From NCBI RefSeq assembly GCF_006345805.1, contig NW_021834792.1:1-64000 (forward strand): a stretch of 64,000 nucleotides of DNA. The letters are read 5' to 3'. Source of the DNA: Octopus sinensis (lineage: Eukaryota). A program made the position numbers and the translations under genes. This document shows, piece by piece, positions 35,503 through 47,809 of this stretch. Numbering within the stretch: the first letter of the stretch is position 1; each line of letters starts with the position of its first letter. The notes beneath the pieces are model-generated. The model had not been told where the DNA came from. It was given only the letters and a program-made list of their open reading frames with translations, and made no database searches.

Positions 35503-35876
35503 CCCTTTAGCGTTTAAACTGATTCATTCATCGGTGATCCAGGAAAACATGTGAGCCATATTACGCTTTTGTGAACCATATTATGCTTTTCTTAGATTGA
35601 TATTTGATAACACGTGTCAGTGATCAGTCGAAGTTTCTGCTTCTACAGCATAAACACTCTGCAGTGATCACCCAAAATGGCCATATCTGACCCAAATGTG
35701 TTACCTGTTCCATTTTCTTAGTAGCCAGATCCAGCCTATCACACTTACGCTTCAGTGCCATTCTAAAAATATACTATCACATCATCAAAATTTTGAAGCT
35801 ACAAAATAAAGCATGATTAATTACAATCTGAATGAAAAAGCATTACGTTTGGCTGAATAACCTGAATACTGAAGGG
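35503..35876. mobile_element. piggyBac-like MITE with TTAA target sites
   Basis: TTAA (35499-35502) ccctttag ... ctgaaggg TTAA (35877-35880). Confidence 0.75.
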
Positions 35877-36154
35877 TTAAAGTCTTACAACCAGGCCTTT
35901 GTTGATGGCTAAGAATACGTAAATCCGATGAAAAATACGCATCTTTGAAATACGAGCATATTAATACAGACGGTAGTCAGTGCATTCTGGGTAGGTGAGC
36001 ATCGTGGGTAATCACTGTGGCGCATTTATACTGTATAAGCACAACCTTCCACTAATCGCTGACACGTGTTATCAAAGATGAAGCTACGAAAGGCGTAACA
36101 GGTTGTAATAGAAGGTGGCAAATACACACATACACACATACATTTGTACATGAC

Positions 36155-36305
36155 GGGATTCCACATAGTTTCCGTTTACCAAAACACTCGCAACGATTTG
36201 GTTAGCTCGGAGCTCTAGTAGAAGACACTTGCCCAAGATGCCGCGCAGTGACACCAAACCCGAAACCCCGTGGTTACAAAGTGAATTTTAACCAAACACC
36301 TACGC
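36155..36305 (-). mobile_element. SINE family B 5' part
   Basis: gtttccgtttaccaaa...tagtagaagacacttgcccaagatgccgcgcagtg. Confidence 0.8.
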
Positions 36306-37019
36306 CAATCCTATCCACATAGTCATGTCTATGCCTGGTTAAAGCTACCCTCATTTTGTCGTGACGAGGAAGTTTCATTAGAACACTCCTCTTTTGATAA
36401 GAAAGGCTTCGCTTTTATATTTCCTTTCATTGTTCTGATCCGTTCAACCATCTTCTAACCATTCAGTTTCCAATACGTAATAAATATAGCCTCGCTTACC
36501 TTTGATTCGTTCTTCACTGATCCTGGATAACACGGTGCACTCCGCTGTGAACCATGTTACACTTTCGTGGATTGATCTTTGGTAACACGTCTCAGCGATC
36601 AGTCGAATGTTCTGCTTGTACAGCATAAACGCGCAATAGGGATCACTCACAATGGTCAGCTACCCGGAATGCACTGACTATTGCCCGTTCTAATATAACC
36701 ATACAGCGTGGATCCGTAATTTTTATACAGATTCACGTACTCGTACCCGTCAACAATTTCTTGAGTAAGACTTTAAATGTAGACTCGTTTACCGCTAATT
36801 CACTCATCACCTTCTCTTACAACTTGACAACGGGTTTACGTCCCCATACCTTAGCAGTTACTTTCGATAAAAGTAACTGGATAGAGTAAATACACCCCGC
36901 CCACTCAAAAAAAAACGAAGAAAAGAAAGAAGTGCTAGGGTCAATTTTTTTACCTTATGACCGTAATCCAAAACAAGTAAAAGATGGACGATAAAAGATC
37001 GCAGTAGAACAGACTCTTT

Positions 37020-37345
37020 ATGTGTTAGTGTGCGTGTGGGTGTGGGTGTGAGTGCGTGTGTTAGTGTGTATGTGTATTAGTGTGTGTGTGCGTATGTGTG
37101 TGTTAATGTGTATGTGTGTATATGTGCTAGTGCATGTGTGTGTTAGTGTGTGTGCTCTTGTACGTGTGCGTGTGTGTTTGTGTGTGTGTGCATGTGTGTG
37201 TGTATGTTTACGTATGCTAGTGTGTGTGCACGTGTATGTTAGTATGTTTGTGTGCTAGTGTGTATGTGTTAGTGTACGTGTTATCGTATGTGTTAGTGTG
37301 TGTTAGTGTGTGTGCGTGTTAGTGTGTGTGTGTTAATGTGTGTTA

Positions 37346-37387
<42 letters not shown>

Positions 37388-37565
37388 GTGTGTGTGTGCT
37401 TGTACGTGTGCGTGCGTGTGTGTGTGTTAATGTGTGTTAGTGAGTGTGTGTGTGTGCTTGTACGTGTGCGAGCGTGTGTGTGTGTATGTGTGTGTGCTTG
37501 TACGTGAGCGTGCGTGTGTGTGTGTGCTTGTACTTGTGCGTGCGTGTGTGTGAGTGTGTGAGTGT
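37020..37565. repeat. Degenerate (TG)n-derived tract with gtgtgttagt subunits
   Basis: Directly visible. Confidence 0.9.
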
Positions 37566-37879
37566 GGTGAAACCAAGTTGCACATTATAGATGACAACTT
37601 AGTTACATAAAGTTCACCGATTCAGTAATAGAAGTGGAATGGAATCCATTTTGATAAAATACACCAAAAGAAAGGTTGCAAAGTGGAAAAAAAATTTTAA
37701 ATAAAATCAAGACAGAAATGCTATGGTGTATAATGAAATAGAGATAAGAAAATTACATCAGACAGAGACTTATATATATTCATGTGCGTATGTGTGTATA
37801 CATAAATACGTACATACATATGTACATGCATACATACATATGTGTGTATGTATATACATATACATATATATATATATTG

Positions 37880-37928
<49 letters not shown>

Positions 37929-38049
37929 CATATGGCATTATGGACTAGACGGAGTGCAATTGTGCTCACATGAAAGAAAATGGTAGAAAGGAATGGTATA
38001 GACGCATTAGATTAATACTTAAATCAAAGCTATATGGATGATGATGATG

Positions 38050-38091
<42 letters not shown>

Positions 38092-38183
38092 TAATGATAG
38101 TAATAACAACAACAACAACAACAACAATAATAATAATAATAATGATAATAATGATATTAATAATAATAATAACAATAATAATA

Positions 38184-38229
<46 letters not shown>

Positions 38230-38233
<4 letters not shown>

Positions 38234-38520
38234 GGCAAGTTAATAAACATCAATACTCAGGCTGTTCCATTAATAAGTTATAGTTATGAAAACTGATAAC
38301 TGGAAGCTAAATTAATTAGTAAGACTAGACAGGCAAACACGAAAATTTAATGAAAGTATTAAGAGTACGACATCCAAGAACGGACAAAGGAGTATTATTA
38401 TTATTACTACGACGAATTCATGTAGGTAGATATCAACTATGTGTAGAAAGCTATTATAAATTGTCTGTTGGACTAAATTATTTTTAGTGAAAAACATAGA
38501 TGGAAATAAATGCGAACAGC
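38230..38520 (+). pseudogene. Decayed R4/Dong-like RT C-terminal fragment following a (TAA)n tract
   Basis: INTQAVPLISYSY..NWKLN.LVRLDRQTRK...RHPRTDK resembles INTxAxPVISYSxGIxNW...LDRKTRK...HHPKAD. Confidence 0.65.
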
Positions 38521-38664
38521 CGCAATACATTTTAATAAGGGGGATCCTCGCACCCTGCATGTTTTAATCTGTATTTCTTGGCGATTGTACAGATGTGATT
38601 GCAGGCATTTTGTACTGAAGACGGAGAAGAAACCGGATGAGAAAATACTTATATATATATATAT

Positions 38665-38830
38665 AGGCGCTGGAGTGACTGTGTGGTAAGTAGCTTGTTT
38701 ACCAACCACATGGATCCGGGTTCAGTCCCACTCCGTGGCACCTTGGGCAAGTGTGTTTTACTATAGCAACGGGCTGATCAAAGCCTTGTGAGTAGATTTG
38801 GTCAACGGAAACTGCAAGAAGACCGTCATA
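38665..38830 (+). mobile_element. SINE family B 5' part
   Basis: ggagtgactgtgtggtaagtagcttg...ccttgggcaagtg...cggaaactgcaagaagacc. Confidence 0.88.
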
Positions 38831-39074
38831 CACACACACACATACACGCACACACATACACACACACATACGCACACATATATATATTATATATGTATAT
38901 GTATATATATATAATATATATGTATGTATATGTACATGTAGGCGGTGTTCCAACACAGCCGCAGTTAAATGACGGAAATAATTAAAAGAATATATATGTG
39001 CCCCAGCATGGCCACAGCTCAAGAGCTGAAACTGGAAAACATAAACATATATATATATATATATATATATACAG

Positions 39075-39360
39075 ACAGGTCAATGAACACATAGAAAGTT
39101 GTGCTAGGAATCTTAATTCTAATTTCTAATTTTGCACTTCTATCAATGTTCACAGAACACCTCAGTACAACAAAGAATGAATAGAGAGGCAACTTTCATC
39201 AATAAATATCTTCCACAACTCAATATGAACACATAAAATAATACAGAACACTACTAACCTTTCAATTAATACCACTAGTTTTGAAATTGATGTATGAATT
39301 CCAAGTGAAGTACTGGTCCTAGTATGTAATCCTCAGAAGATGACAGACTGGTAAAATAGA
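39075..39360 (+). mobile_element. Penelope-like element 3' remnant (GIY-YIG endonuclease C-terminus, decayed hammerhead-like motif)
   Basis: EHIESCARNLN...FYQCSQNTSVQQRMNREATFINKYLPQLNMNT*; at 39333-39356 cagaagatgacagactggtaaaa resembles a decayed ctgaaga-t-gac..gtc-gaaa. Confidence 0.6.
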
Positions 39361-39369
39361 CAAACTGGC

Positions 39370-39790
39370 TGTCTTCAATATGGTTTTCGTAACTGTTCCT
39401 ACGTATGGTCATGTATCTTGGATAATGAGAGAAAAAGTAAGATCGCGAATGCAAGCGACCGAAATGGGGCTTCCCCGAAGGATTTCTGGAATAACTTTAC
39501 TCGACAGGGTACGTAGCTCGGAAGTCAGGAATTCTCTCCAGTTTTACTCGTTATTCTGTCCTATTGAGAAGTCCACGGCTCTGGTACTTTGGACATGTGA
39601 TTAGAATGTCTCAGGAAAGAATCACAAGACAGATTCTTCAAGCCGAACCAACCTGTAGGAGACCCCGCAGTAGACAAAGAGCGAGATGGTTGGATAATAT
39701 CCATAGTCTCAGGTGGTCACGGTTGGAAATCCCACCGGAATGTCTAATAAAGGTTGCCTGCCTATTCTACCCTCACAATTATCGCAGGAA
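39370..39790 (+). pseudogene. RTE-clade LINE 3' fragment
   Basis: TYGHVSWIMREKVRSRMQATEMGLPRRISGITLLDRVRSSEVR...LWYFGHVIRMSQERITRQILQAEPTCRRPRSRQRARWLD. Confidence 0.9.
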
Positions 39791-39837
39791 AAGTGAGCAG
39801 AGAAGATGTATGTATGTATGTATGTATGTATGTGTGA

Positions 39838-40092
39838 AGGCGCCTGGCTTAGTGGTTAGGGCATTCGGCTTGAGCAAGACACTTTATCTCACGTTGCTCC
39901 AGTCCTCTCAGAGGGCAAAATGAGTTGTACCTGTATTTCAAAAGTGACACTCTGTGTCACGCTGAATCGTCCTGAGAACTACGTTAGGGGTACACATGTC
40001 TATGGATTGCTCAGTCACATGCGCATTAATTTCACGAGCAAGCTGTTCCGTTGATTGTATCTGCTGGGACCCTCGTTGTCGTAACCGACAGA
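39838..40092 (+). mobile_element. SINE family D with internal head deletion
   Basis: ggcgcctggcttagtggttagggcattcggc|ttgagcaagacacttt...ttaatttcacgagcaagctgttccgttgat. Confidence 0.85.
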
Positions 40093-40325
40093 GTGCTCCT
40101 ATGTATGTATGTATGTATGTATGTATGTATGTATGTATGTATGTATGCATGTATGGATGGATGGATGGATGGATGGATCTATGGATGGATGGACTGATGG
40201 AGGAATGAATGGACAATAATGTCATAAATAAATAGTGAAATTATCCAGAGATGAAGAGTTGGAAATAAAAAACATAGAACCAATTCCTTGATACTTCTTG
40301 AGAATACTTTATCTTATTCTTTTAT

Positions 40326-40613
40326 ATCACGTGATCACGTGACCGACCAGACCATCAGATGTTGTTACATATCGCTGGTCACAATGCGTTCGCGTTGTTT
40401 TAGCCTTTGAACGACACCACCCCGCTGGCTAAGCGAGCAGGCCAACAGAAGAAAGAGTGGGAGAAAGAATGGTGAAAGAGTACAGCAGGGATCACCGGGG
40501 CGTCGTGGAGCTTTTAGGTATTTTCGCTCAATAAACACTCACAACGCCCGGTCTGAGAATTAAAACCGCGATCCTACGACCGCGTGTCCGCTGCCCTAAC
40601 CACTGGGCCATTG
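40326..40613 (-). mobile_element. tRNA-derived SINE family C2, near full length
   Basis: Head shared with 9800-9942 (caatggcccagtggttagggcagcgg); tail shared with 3196-3372. Confidence 0.9.
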
Positions 40614-40867
40614 GGTTTTGGGGTATGCGCAAATCATTCAGCCTATTAGAGTTGCAGGGCCTAGTGAAGCGGTTATCCGCTTGTATATGCCCGCGCGCGA
40701 CCACATCCATCTGTCTGTCTGTATGCTTGAGGGCAGATGTGGGTCTGTCTCTGTAAATTCCAGAGTTTTATCTTTTTATGTGGGTGAATTTCTGTCGTAA
40801 GCTTGACCTGGTTAAGTGGGTAAGAGGCTTGTTTCACACACCTCCCATCCAAGCACTGCTGTAGTCA

Positions 40868-40978
40868 GCGGAAGTGAGCTAGAACGGTAAAACTTCGTGC
40901 GCATGCACGGCAGAGGTCAAGGTCAATCTGTGCCAAGCGGCTTTACTCTGCATGCTTTAGCTTCCTTACTATGGCAAC
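40868..40978. promoter_or_regulatory. Candidate cis-regulatory motif cluster
   Basis: ETS GCGGAAGTG 40868-40876; NRF1-like GTGCGCATGCAC 40897-40908; AGGTCAAGGTCA 40914-40925; X-box-like CTTACTATGGCAAC 40965-40978. Confidence 0.4.
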
Positions 40979-41039
40979 AGTTCGGATACTTATTAATCAG
41001 ACCATGTATATGTCAATGCAATAGTGTATATATGCTTTT

Positions 41040-41100
41040 GTGTATATGAGGGTGCGTATGTATGTACTTTTGTATATATCTAAATATGTGTATGTATATA

Positions 41101-41189
<89 letters not shown>

Positions 41190-41206
41190 ATATATTATAT
41201 ATATAT

Positions 41207-41255
<49 letters not shown>

Positions 41256-41799
41256 ATTTATCTATCCATCTACCTCTCTCTCCCTCTCCCTCTCTTCCTA
41301 TATATATATATATATATATATATACTCATACACACACATATGCATGCATATACACACGTCTGTATGTATGCATGCTCGAATGTATGTAAGTATATGGATA
41401 TATACTTGTACATATGCATGTATGACTATACAGAGAATAATGGATAAGATATTATTCACTCAGTAAGACAGCTGTCTGTGGTATACCGAAAGTCTTATGC
41501 TTCAGTTCCATTAGCTCCGAATTAAGGGTCCCTGTCACCACGGGACACTTATCAAAAAGGAACCGGAAGTGACTCATTTAATTCCCATCAGATAAAATCA
41601 ATCAATGTTCTTTCCTCTTAATTAACATTGATGGACATTAAGTTCCGAACAGTTGCTTTGCCTTTAAAGACACGGGCATGCGTATATTCGTATGCTGGTG
41701 CAGAAATAATCACACCATTCTCAAAGACCAGCATATATGCGTATAAATGATACACGCTCACAGATAAACACACAGTTACAAAAGTACATACACAAATGC

Positions 41800-41856
<57 letters not shown>

Positions 41857-41857
41857 C

Positions 41858-41901
<44 letters not shown>

Positions 41902-41961
41902 TATACATACAGACATATATATATATATATATGTATGTATATATATATGTATGTTTGTATG

Positions 41962-41992
<31 letters not shown>

Positions 41993-42095
41993 ATATGTCT
42001 GTATGTATATATATATATATTATATATATATACATATACATATATATGTATATGTACACATATACATATATATGTATATGTACACATATACATAT

Positions 42096-42128
<33 letters not shown>

Positions 42129-42650
42129 GTATGTATACATACATATTTATATGCACACACATACATATGTACACCTACATATATACAAATACAAATTTAT
42201 ATGTGTATGTATATAATGTATACAAAGATATGTATATAGATACTTACGCATTTATAATTACCTACACACATACGTATATAATCACAAACGCACATGTATT
42301 TGTGTGTGTGTGTCTGTCTGTCTGTATGTGTGTGTGAGTGTGTGAGTATGTGTATTAATATATACACCCACATGTGTATATATTCACACATCACACACAC
42401 ACACTCACAAACACATACACACGAGCACACACTGATAGATAAACATACGTGCATGGATGTATACATGTGTAGCATGGATATATGTGTGTATGTGTATGTG
42501 TGTGCGCGGCGTGTGCGTGTGTATGCGTCTATGTTCGCGCGTATGAGTATATAAATAAATATATATATATATGTCTCTGTGTGTGTGTGTATGTGTGTGT
42601 GTGTGTATGTGTGTGTGTGTGTATGTGTGTGTGTGTGTGTGTTTGTGTGA
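41040..42650. repeat. Extended (TA)n/(CATA)n/(TG)n microsatellite field with a short unique interruption (~41430-41790)
   Basis: Directly visible. Confidence 0.9.
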
Positions 42651-43063
42651 AGTGCTCGCGCGTTTGTATATTGGCTCTATTATCTCTTTTATATTTAGGA
42701 ATGGCAGCTGGAATGAGACATTGCCAAAACACACGTGCGCGCACGTATCTGTGTGTGTTTGTGTGTTTATGTCTGTGTGTGCGTACGTGTGTGTGTTCCG
42801 GCAAAAGTGCTAATGAGTGACGTATGGACGTGTATATGTTGAACTTAGCAGATGCACTCGTGTTATGCTACTGCCTGTCACCCGGTGCATCTGTTAAAGA
42901 CTGCACCTTCTTAACATCTGTTCTTGTTCAGTGCACCCAGAAACACAGAAAGAAAAAATTCCCAACCGTATTTCTTGCATGTCAGGCAGCACGGCGAGCA
43001 CTTTGCGGGTGCTGTCGCCTCTACAGCATCACAGATACACATGTAAACAGAAACGTACAGGCA

Positions 43064-43118
<55 letters not shown>

Positions 43119-43254
43119 ACACACACGCACACACAATCACTCACACGCACACACAATCACACACGCGCGCATACACTCCTTTGAGCTTGCAGAAGCCTTT
43201 ATGTTTGTGTAAAAGTCAAAGCGACGTATGTGGTTATATAAATGTATTGTTATA

Positions 43255-43262
43255 TTATTATA

Positions 43263-43310
<48 letters not shown>

Positions 43311-43645
43311 GCTGCTGCTAGTACTACTACTGCTGCTGCTGCTACTACTACTACTACTACTACTACTACAACAACTACTACTACTACAAGAATTATTACT
43401 ACTACTGCTGCTGTTGCTGCTCCTGCTACTACTACTACTACTATTACTACTACTACTGCTACTACTACTACTACTACAAGAACTACTACTACAACAACAA
43501 CTACTACTACTACTATTACTACTACTACAAGAACTACTACTACAAGAACTACTACTACGACAACAACTGCTACTACTACTGCTGTTGTTGCTGCTGCTGC
43601 TGCTGCTACTACTTCTACTACTAATAATGATAATAATAATAATAA
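43255..43645. repeat. (ACT)n/(GCT)n/(ACA)n trinucleotide tract
   Basis: Directly visible; source of the poly-T, poly-S and poly-L ORFs. Confidence 0.95.
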
Positions 43646-43649
43646 GGTG

Positions 43650-44750
43650 GTGAGGCTGCAGAATCGTTAACACATCGGGCAAAATGCTAGGCGACATTTC
43701 GTCCGCGTTTACGTTCCGAGTTCAAACTCCACTAAAGTTGACTTGCCTTTCATCCATTCGGGGCTAATTAAATAAGGACGAGTTGGATATTCATGTCAAT
43801 GTAATCGACTTTGTAATCGACGAAATAGGTAATGTAATCGACGAAATAGGTATTTCGTCTGTCTTTACGTTCTGAGTTCAAATTCCGCCGAGGTCGACTT
43901 TGTCTTTCATCCTTTCTGGGTCGATAAATTAAATAACAGTGACGCACCAGTGCGTCACTGGAACTTGATTTATCGATATTAATCCGTTTGTCTGTCCTGT
44001 TTGTCCTCTCTGTGTTTAGCCCCTTGTGGGTAGCAAAGAAATAGATATTTCGTCTGTCTTTACGTTCTGAATTCAAATTCCGCCGATGTCGACTTTGCAT
44101 TTCATCCTTTCGAGATTGATAAATTAAGTACCAGTTGTGTACTGAGGTCGATCTAATTGACTGGCCCCCTCCTCCAAAATTTAGGGTCTTGTGCCTAGTG
44201 TAGAAAAACAATCGTTAGCACGCTGGACCGAATGCTTAACGGTATTTCGCCCGTCGCTACTTTCTGAGTTCAAATCCCGCCGAGGTCGACTTTGCCTTTC
44301 ATCCTTTCAAGGTCGATAAATTAAGTACAAGTGAAATACTGGGGTCGCTATAATCGACTTAATCCCCTCCCTCAAGCTGTCCATTATTATAATTATACTA
44401 CTAAGACTAAGGCGGCGAGGTGGCAGAATCATTAACAAGGCGGGCAAAATGCTTAGCAGCATTCCGTCTTTATGTTCTGTGTTCAAATTGTGCCGAGGTC
44501 GATTTTGCCTTTCATCCTTCCGAAGTCGATAAAACAGGTATCAGTTGAACCACTGAGGTCGACGCAATCGACTAGCCTCCTCCTCCAAAATAGCTGGCCT
44601 AGAGCCAAAATTTGAAATCATTCTTATTATTACTACCATTACTACTGTTATTGAGGCAACGTGCTGCCAGAATTGTTAGCACGTCAGGCACTATTGTTTA
44701 GCGGCATTTCGTCTGTCTTTGTGTTCGGAGCTGAAATTCCGCCGTGGTCG
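43650..44750 (+). mobile_element. Cluster of SINE family A copies, partly rearranged
   Basis: Multiple gcagaatcgttaac / gagttcaaattccgccgaggtcgac motifs. Confidence 0.88.
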
Positions 44751-44759
44751 ATTTCCTTG

Positions 44760-45160
44760 CTACTAAACACAGAGAGGACAAACAAGGACAGACAAACGGA
44801 TTAAGTCGATTATATCGACTCCAATGCGTAACTGGTACTTATTTAATCGACTCCGAAAGGATGAAATGCAAATTCGACCTCGGCGGAATTTGAACTCAGA
44901 ACGTAGCGGCAGACGAAATATATATTTCTTTACTACCCGCAAGGGGCTAAACACAGAGGAGATAAACTAGGACAAACAAAAGGATTAAGTCGATTATATC
45001 GACATCGGTGCGTAACTAGTACTAAATTTATCGACCCCGAAAGGATGAAAGGCAAAGTCGACCTCGGCGGAATTTGAACTCAGAACGTAACGGCAGACGA
45101 AATACGGCTACGCATTTCGCCCATCGTGCTAACCTTTTTGCCAGCTCGCCGCCTTGCCAT
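44760..45160 (-). mobile_element. SINE family A dimer
   Basis: Two units on the minus strand, ending in ...ccagctcgccgcctt. Confidence 0.9.
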
Positions 45161-45279
45161 GGTCGATTTCGCTAGTCATCATTTCAGGGCCAAAAAGGTT
45201 GATGTAATCGAAAAACCTTCCCATACTAAAATTGCTGGCATTGTACCAAAGTTTGAAAAAATTATTATTACTAACGTTT

Positions 45280-45680
45280 TGCAGTAATTCTTCGCTTTTC
45301 ACGTTTTAAGTTCAAATTCCGCTATGGTCGACTTTACTTTTCATCCTCTCGGGGTCTATAAAACAAGTATCAGTTGAACACTGGGGTCAATGTAACCGAT
45401 TGGGCCCCTCTCTCACAACTTCAGGTCTGGTGCCTAAAGAAGAAAGAATTCTCATAGCATTAGTTGTTCAAGTCAAATCGTATCGTACCGAGCTGGACAA
45501 AATGCTTAGTGGCATTTCTTTTGGCTCTCTCCGCTCTGAATTCAAATGCCGTTGAGGTCAGCTTGACCTTTCATTTTTTTTTTAAGTTCGATAAAATAAG
45601 TACCAGTTGAGCACTAGAGTCGATGTAATCGACCTAGCCTCCCCCCCCCCAATTCTCGGCATTGTGCCCATAATAAATAA
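45280..45680 (+). mobile_element. Two degenerate SINE family A copies
   Basis: gttcaaattcc, ctttcatcct and aagtaccagttgagcact motifs. Confidence 0.75.
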
Positions 45681-46059
45681 AAAGTTATTATATCATTAAT
45701 ATTAGATCGACAGCTGTCACTTTGCTGACGGCAAGATAGTAAAATTTAAATTTTAAATTGTTTGTCCATTTAAAATGCTGCGTTCAATATATAAAATATA
45801 TACAGTTTAAATCCGAAGATTCTTTTAAAGAATTAGAAAATAATTAACTTTACTTCTATTTTCATTGTCAAGAAAATAGATGTTGTATTAAGCGCCTTTT
45901 TAATCTGTAATTTATTGAAATTTAGTTCGTCTTTCTGAGAGAGGGCTTAGTAAATAATTTTATAATATTGTTCGACTAAAAAGCGTTTACTTAAAAATTA
46001 TTTTATTTCATATTCTTCAAATTTAATATATGCATTGTGCAATATTTACATTTACATAC

Positions 46060-46435
46060 GCAGTGTGGTTAAGATACTCGCTTTGCAACCAAATGGTTTC
46101 ATGTTCAGTCCCACTTGGCGCCACTGTGATCAAGTATCTTCTACTGTAGCCGTAAACTGACCAATGCTTTGTGAGTGAATTTGGTAGACGGAAACGTGTG
46201 TTTCTTTTTGCACCCCTACCCCCAATATCTTTTGACCACAGATGTTAGTTTGTTTACATCCCCATGGCCTTACGGTTCGGCAAAAGTGAATGATAGCATA
46301 AGTACATGACTGTAAAAATAAATGAATAAATAAATAAAACGTAAATACTTGGGTCGATTACTTCGAATAAACCCCTTAAGGTGGTGCAACAGCATGGCCG
46401 AATTCCAACGACTGAAATAAAGTAAAAATAAAAAG
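46060..46435 (+). mobile_element. SINE family B, degenerate full length
   Basis: gcagtgtggttaag...ggtagacggaaac...ggttcggcaaaag...cagcatggccg..gactgaaa. Confidence 0.8.
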
Positions 46436-47809
46436 CGAGATATTACGAAGATGATTACTCCATAGACAATGTTTCCTGTCAATGTTCTGCTTTCGTCATT
46501 ATAATATGTCATTCAGGTTGGTTTGAAGAAGACTTAGCTATTATTTTTAGCAGATCATGTAACCACATAATAAAGTTCTGAAATTTGTGGATATGTGTAT
46601 GTGTGTGTTAATAATAATTGTGGCAGATTATGGATGCGAAAGGGAATTTCATTCATAATAATTTTCTCCATATTATTTAAGGTTGTGTTTCAGTAAAATT
46701 ATGTTTGCCAAACTTCCTGAGACATAGACAAAGCGGTAAATTATTATGATACCTACCTCAAAAGTAAATAGTTTCATGAGGCAGAAAGAACTGTATTTAG
46801 TCAATCGCAATATGTTGATAGGAAAATTAACGGCTTCACTGAATAAAGGTTTTAGCCAATCTGTCACTATTTTCATTACCTTTCTCTTGCTTCTTTCAGC
46901 CTACTCCTTTAATCTTTTTCATTTCGTTACATAGACTGTTGTTGAATTTGAGAATAAAATATTCATTGCCATTTTTCCTTGGTGTGCGAAGAAAAAAACT
47001 TTCACCAAAAATAAAATCCGTATTTCCTTACATTTCCAATGTGGATTCAATGAATAAATTGAATAATTCACTCTCTTTATTTATTTAATTATTTATCTTA
47101 TTTATTTACTTATTTATTCGTTCGTCAGATAAATTACTTGAAAATCATCTTCATCTGATAATAGCATGTGACAGACGGACAGACGAACGGCCAGAGAAAC
47201 ACGGCTCGTATTACAATATAAAATAGATTGTAACGTCACTGAAGATCTGGTTTCTGGATTCGTTATCGCCATATCCTGGGTATTAACATCCAATAATTTC
47301 CTATCCGACTTTGTTTAACTGAAAACAGGATTCTTTTTTAAGCAACACGAAGAATTGTTCTATTTTTGTTATTTCTGTTATTTTTAATTTTCGATTTAAT
47401 TGAATAACTCCATGCTTCTAAAATTATTAGCCTTGTGCCAAAATTTGAAATAATTACCCTTCTTTAATATGAAAAATGTATTGCAAATGAGAGTTTTCAA
47501 TCTTGCTAGAAAAAACTGCCAAATTACATGCAAATTTGGATGGGTATTATAGACCTGAGTTCGCTATATATAGTGAAAAGTACTGTTCTATATTTTAGAG
47601 GTGAGGAATTCTGTGCATCATTTACATCTATTAGTAAAAATAAATAACAATAATGTAAATAATATATAACAAAAAGATAGAGTGGTTATAGTTGGAATGT
47701 CTTTAATCACAGAACTATTTGATAAAGATTGACCTAGATTCTACAAAAACTAATACAACGATATTGTTATCTCTAAGGAGGTAATTTTACTTTCGAGCCC
47801 TTTACAGTA

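Noticed and set aside
42918-42945. Iron-responsive element (CAGTGC loop)
   Set aside because: The upper stem does not pair.
46750-46900. Splice-like signals on both strands (GAG|GTAGGT minus; ttctttcag plus)
   Set aside because: The implied exons give no recognisable peptide; such signals are expected by chance in AT-rich DNA.
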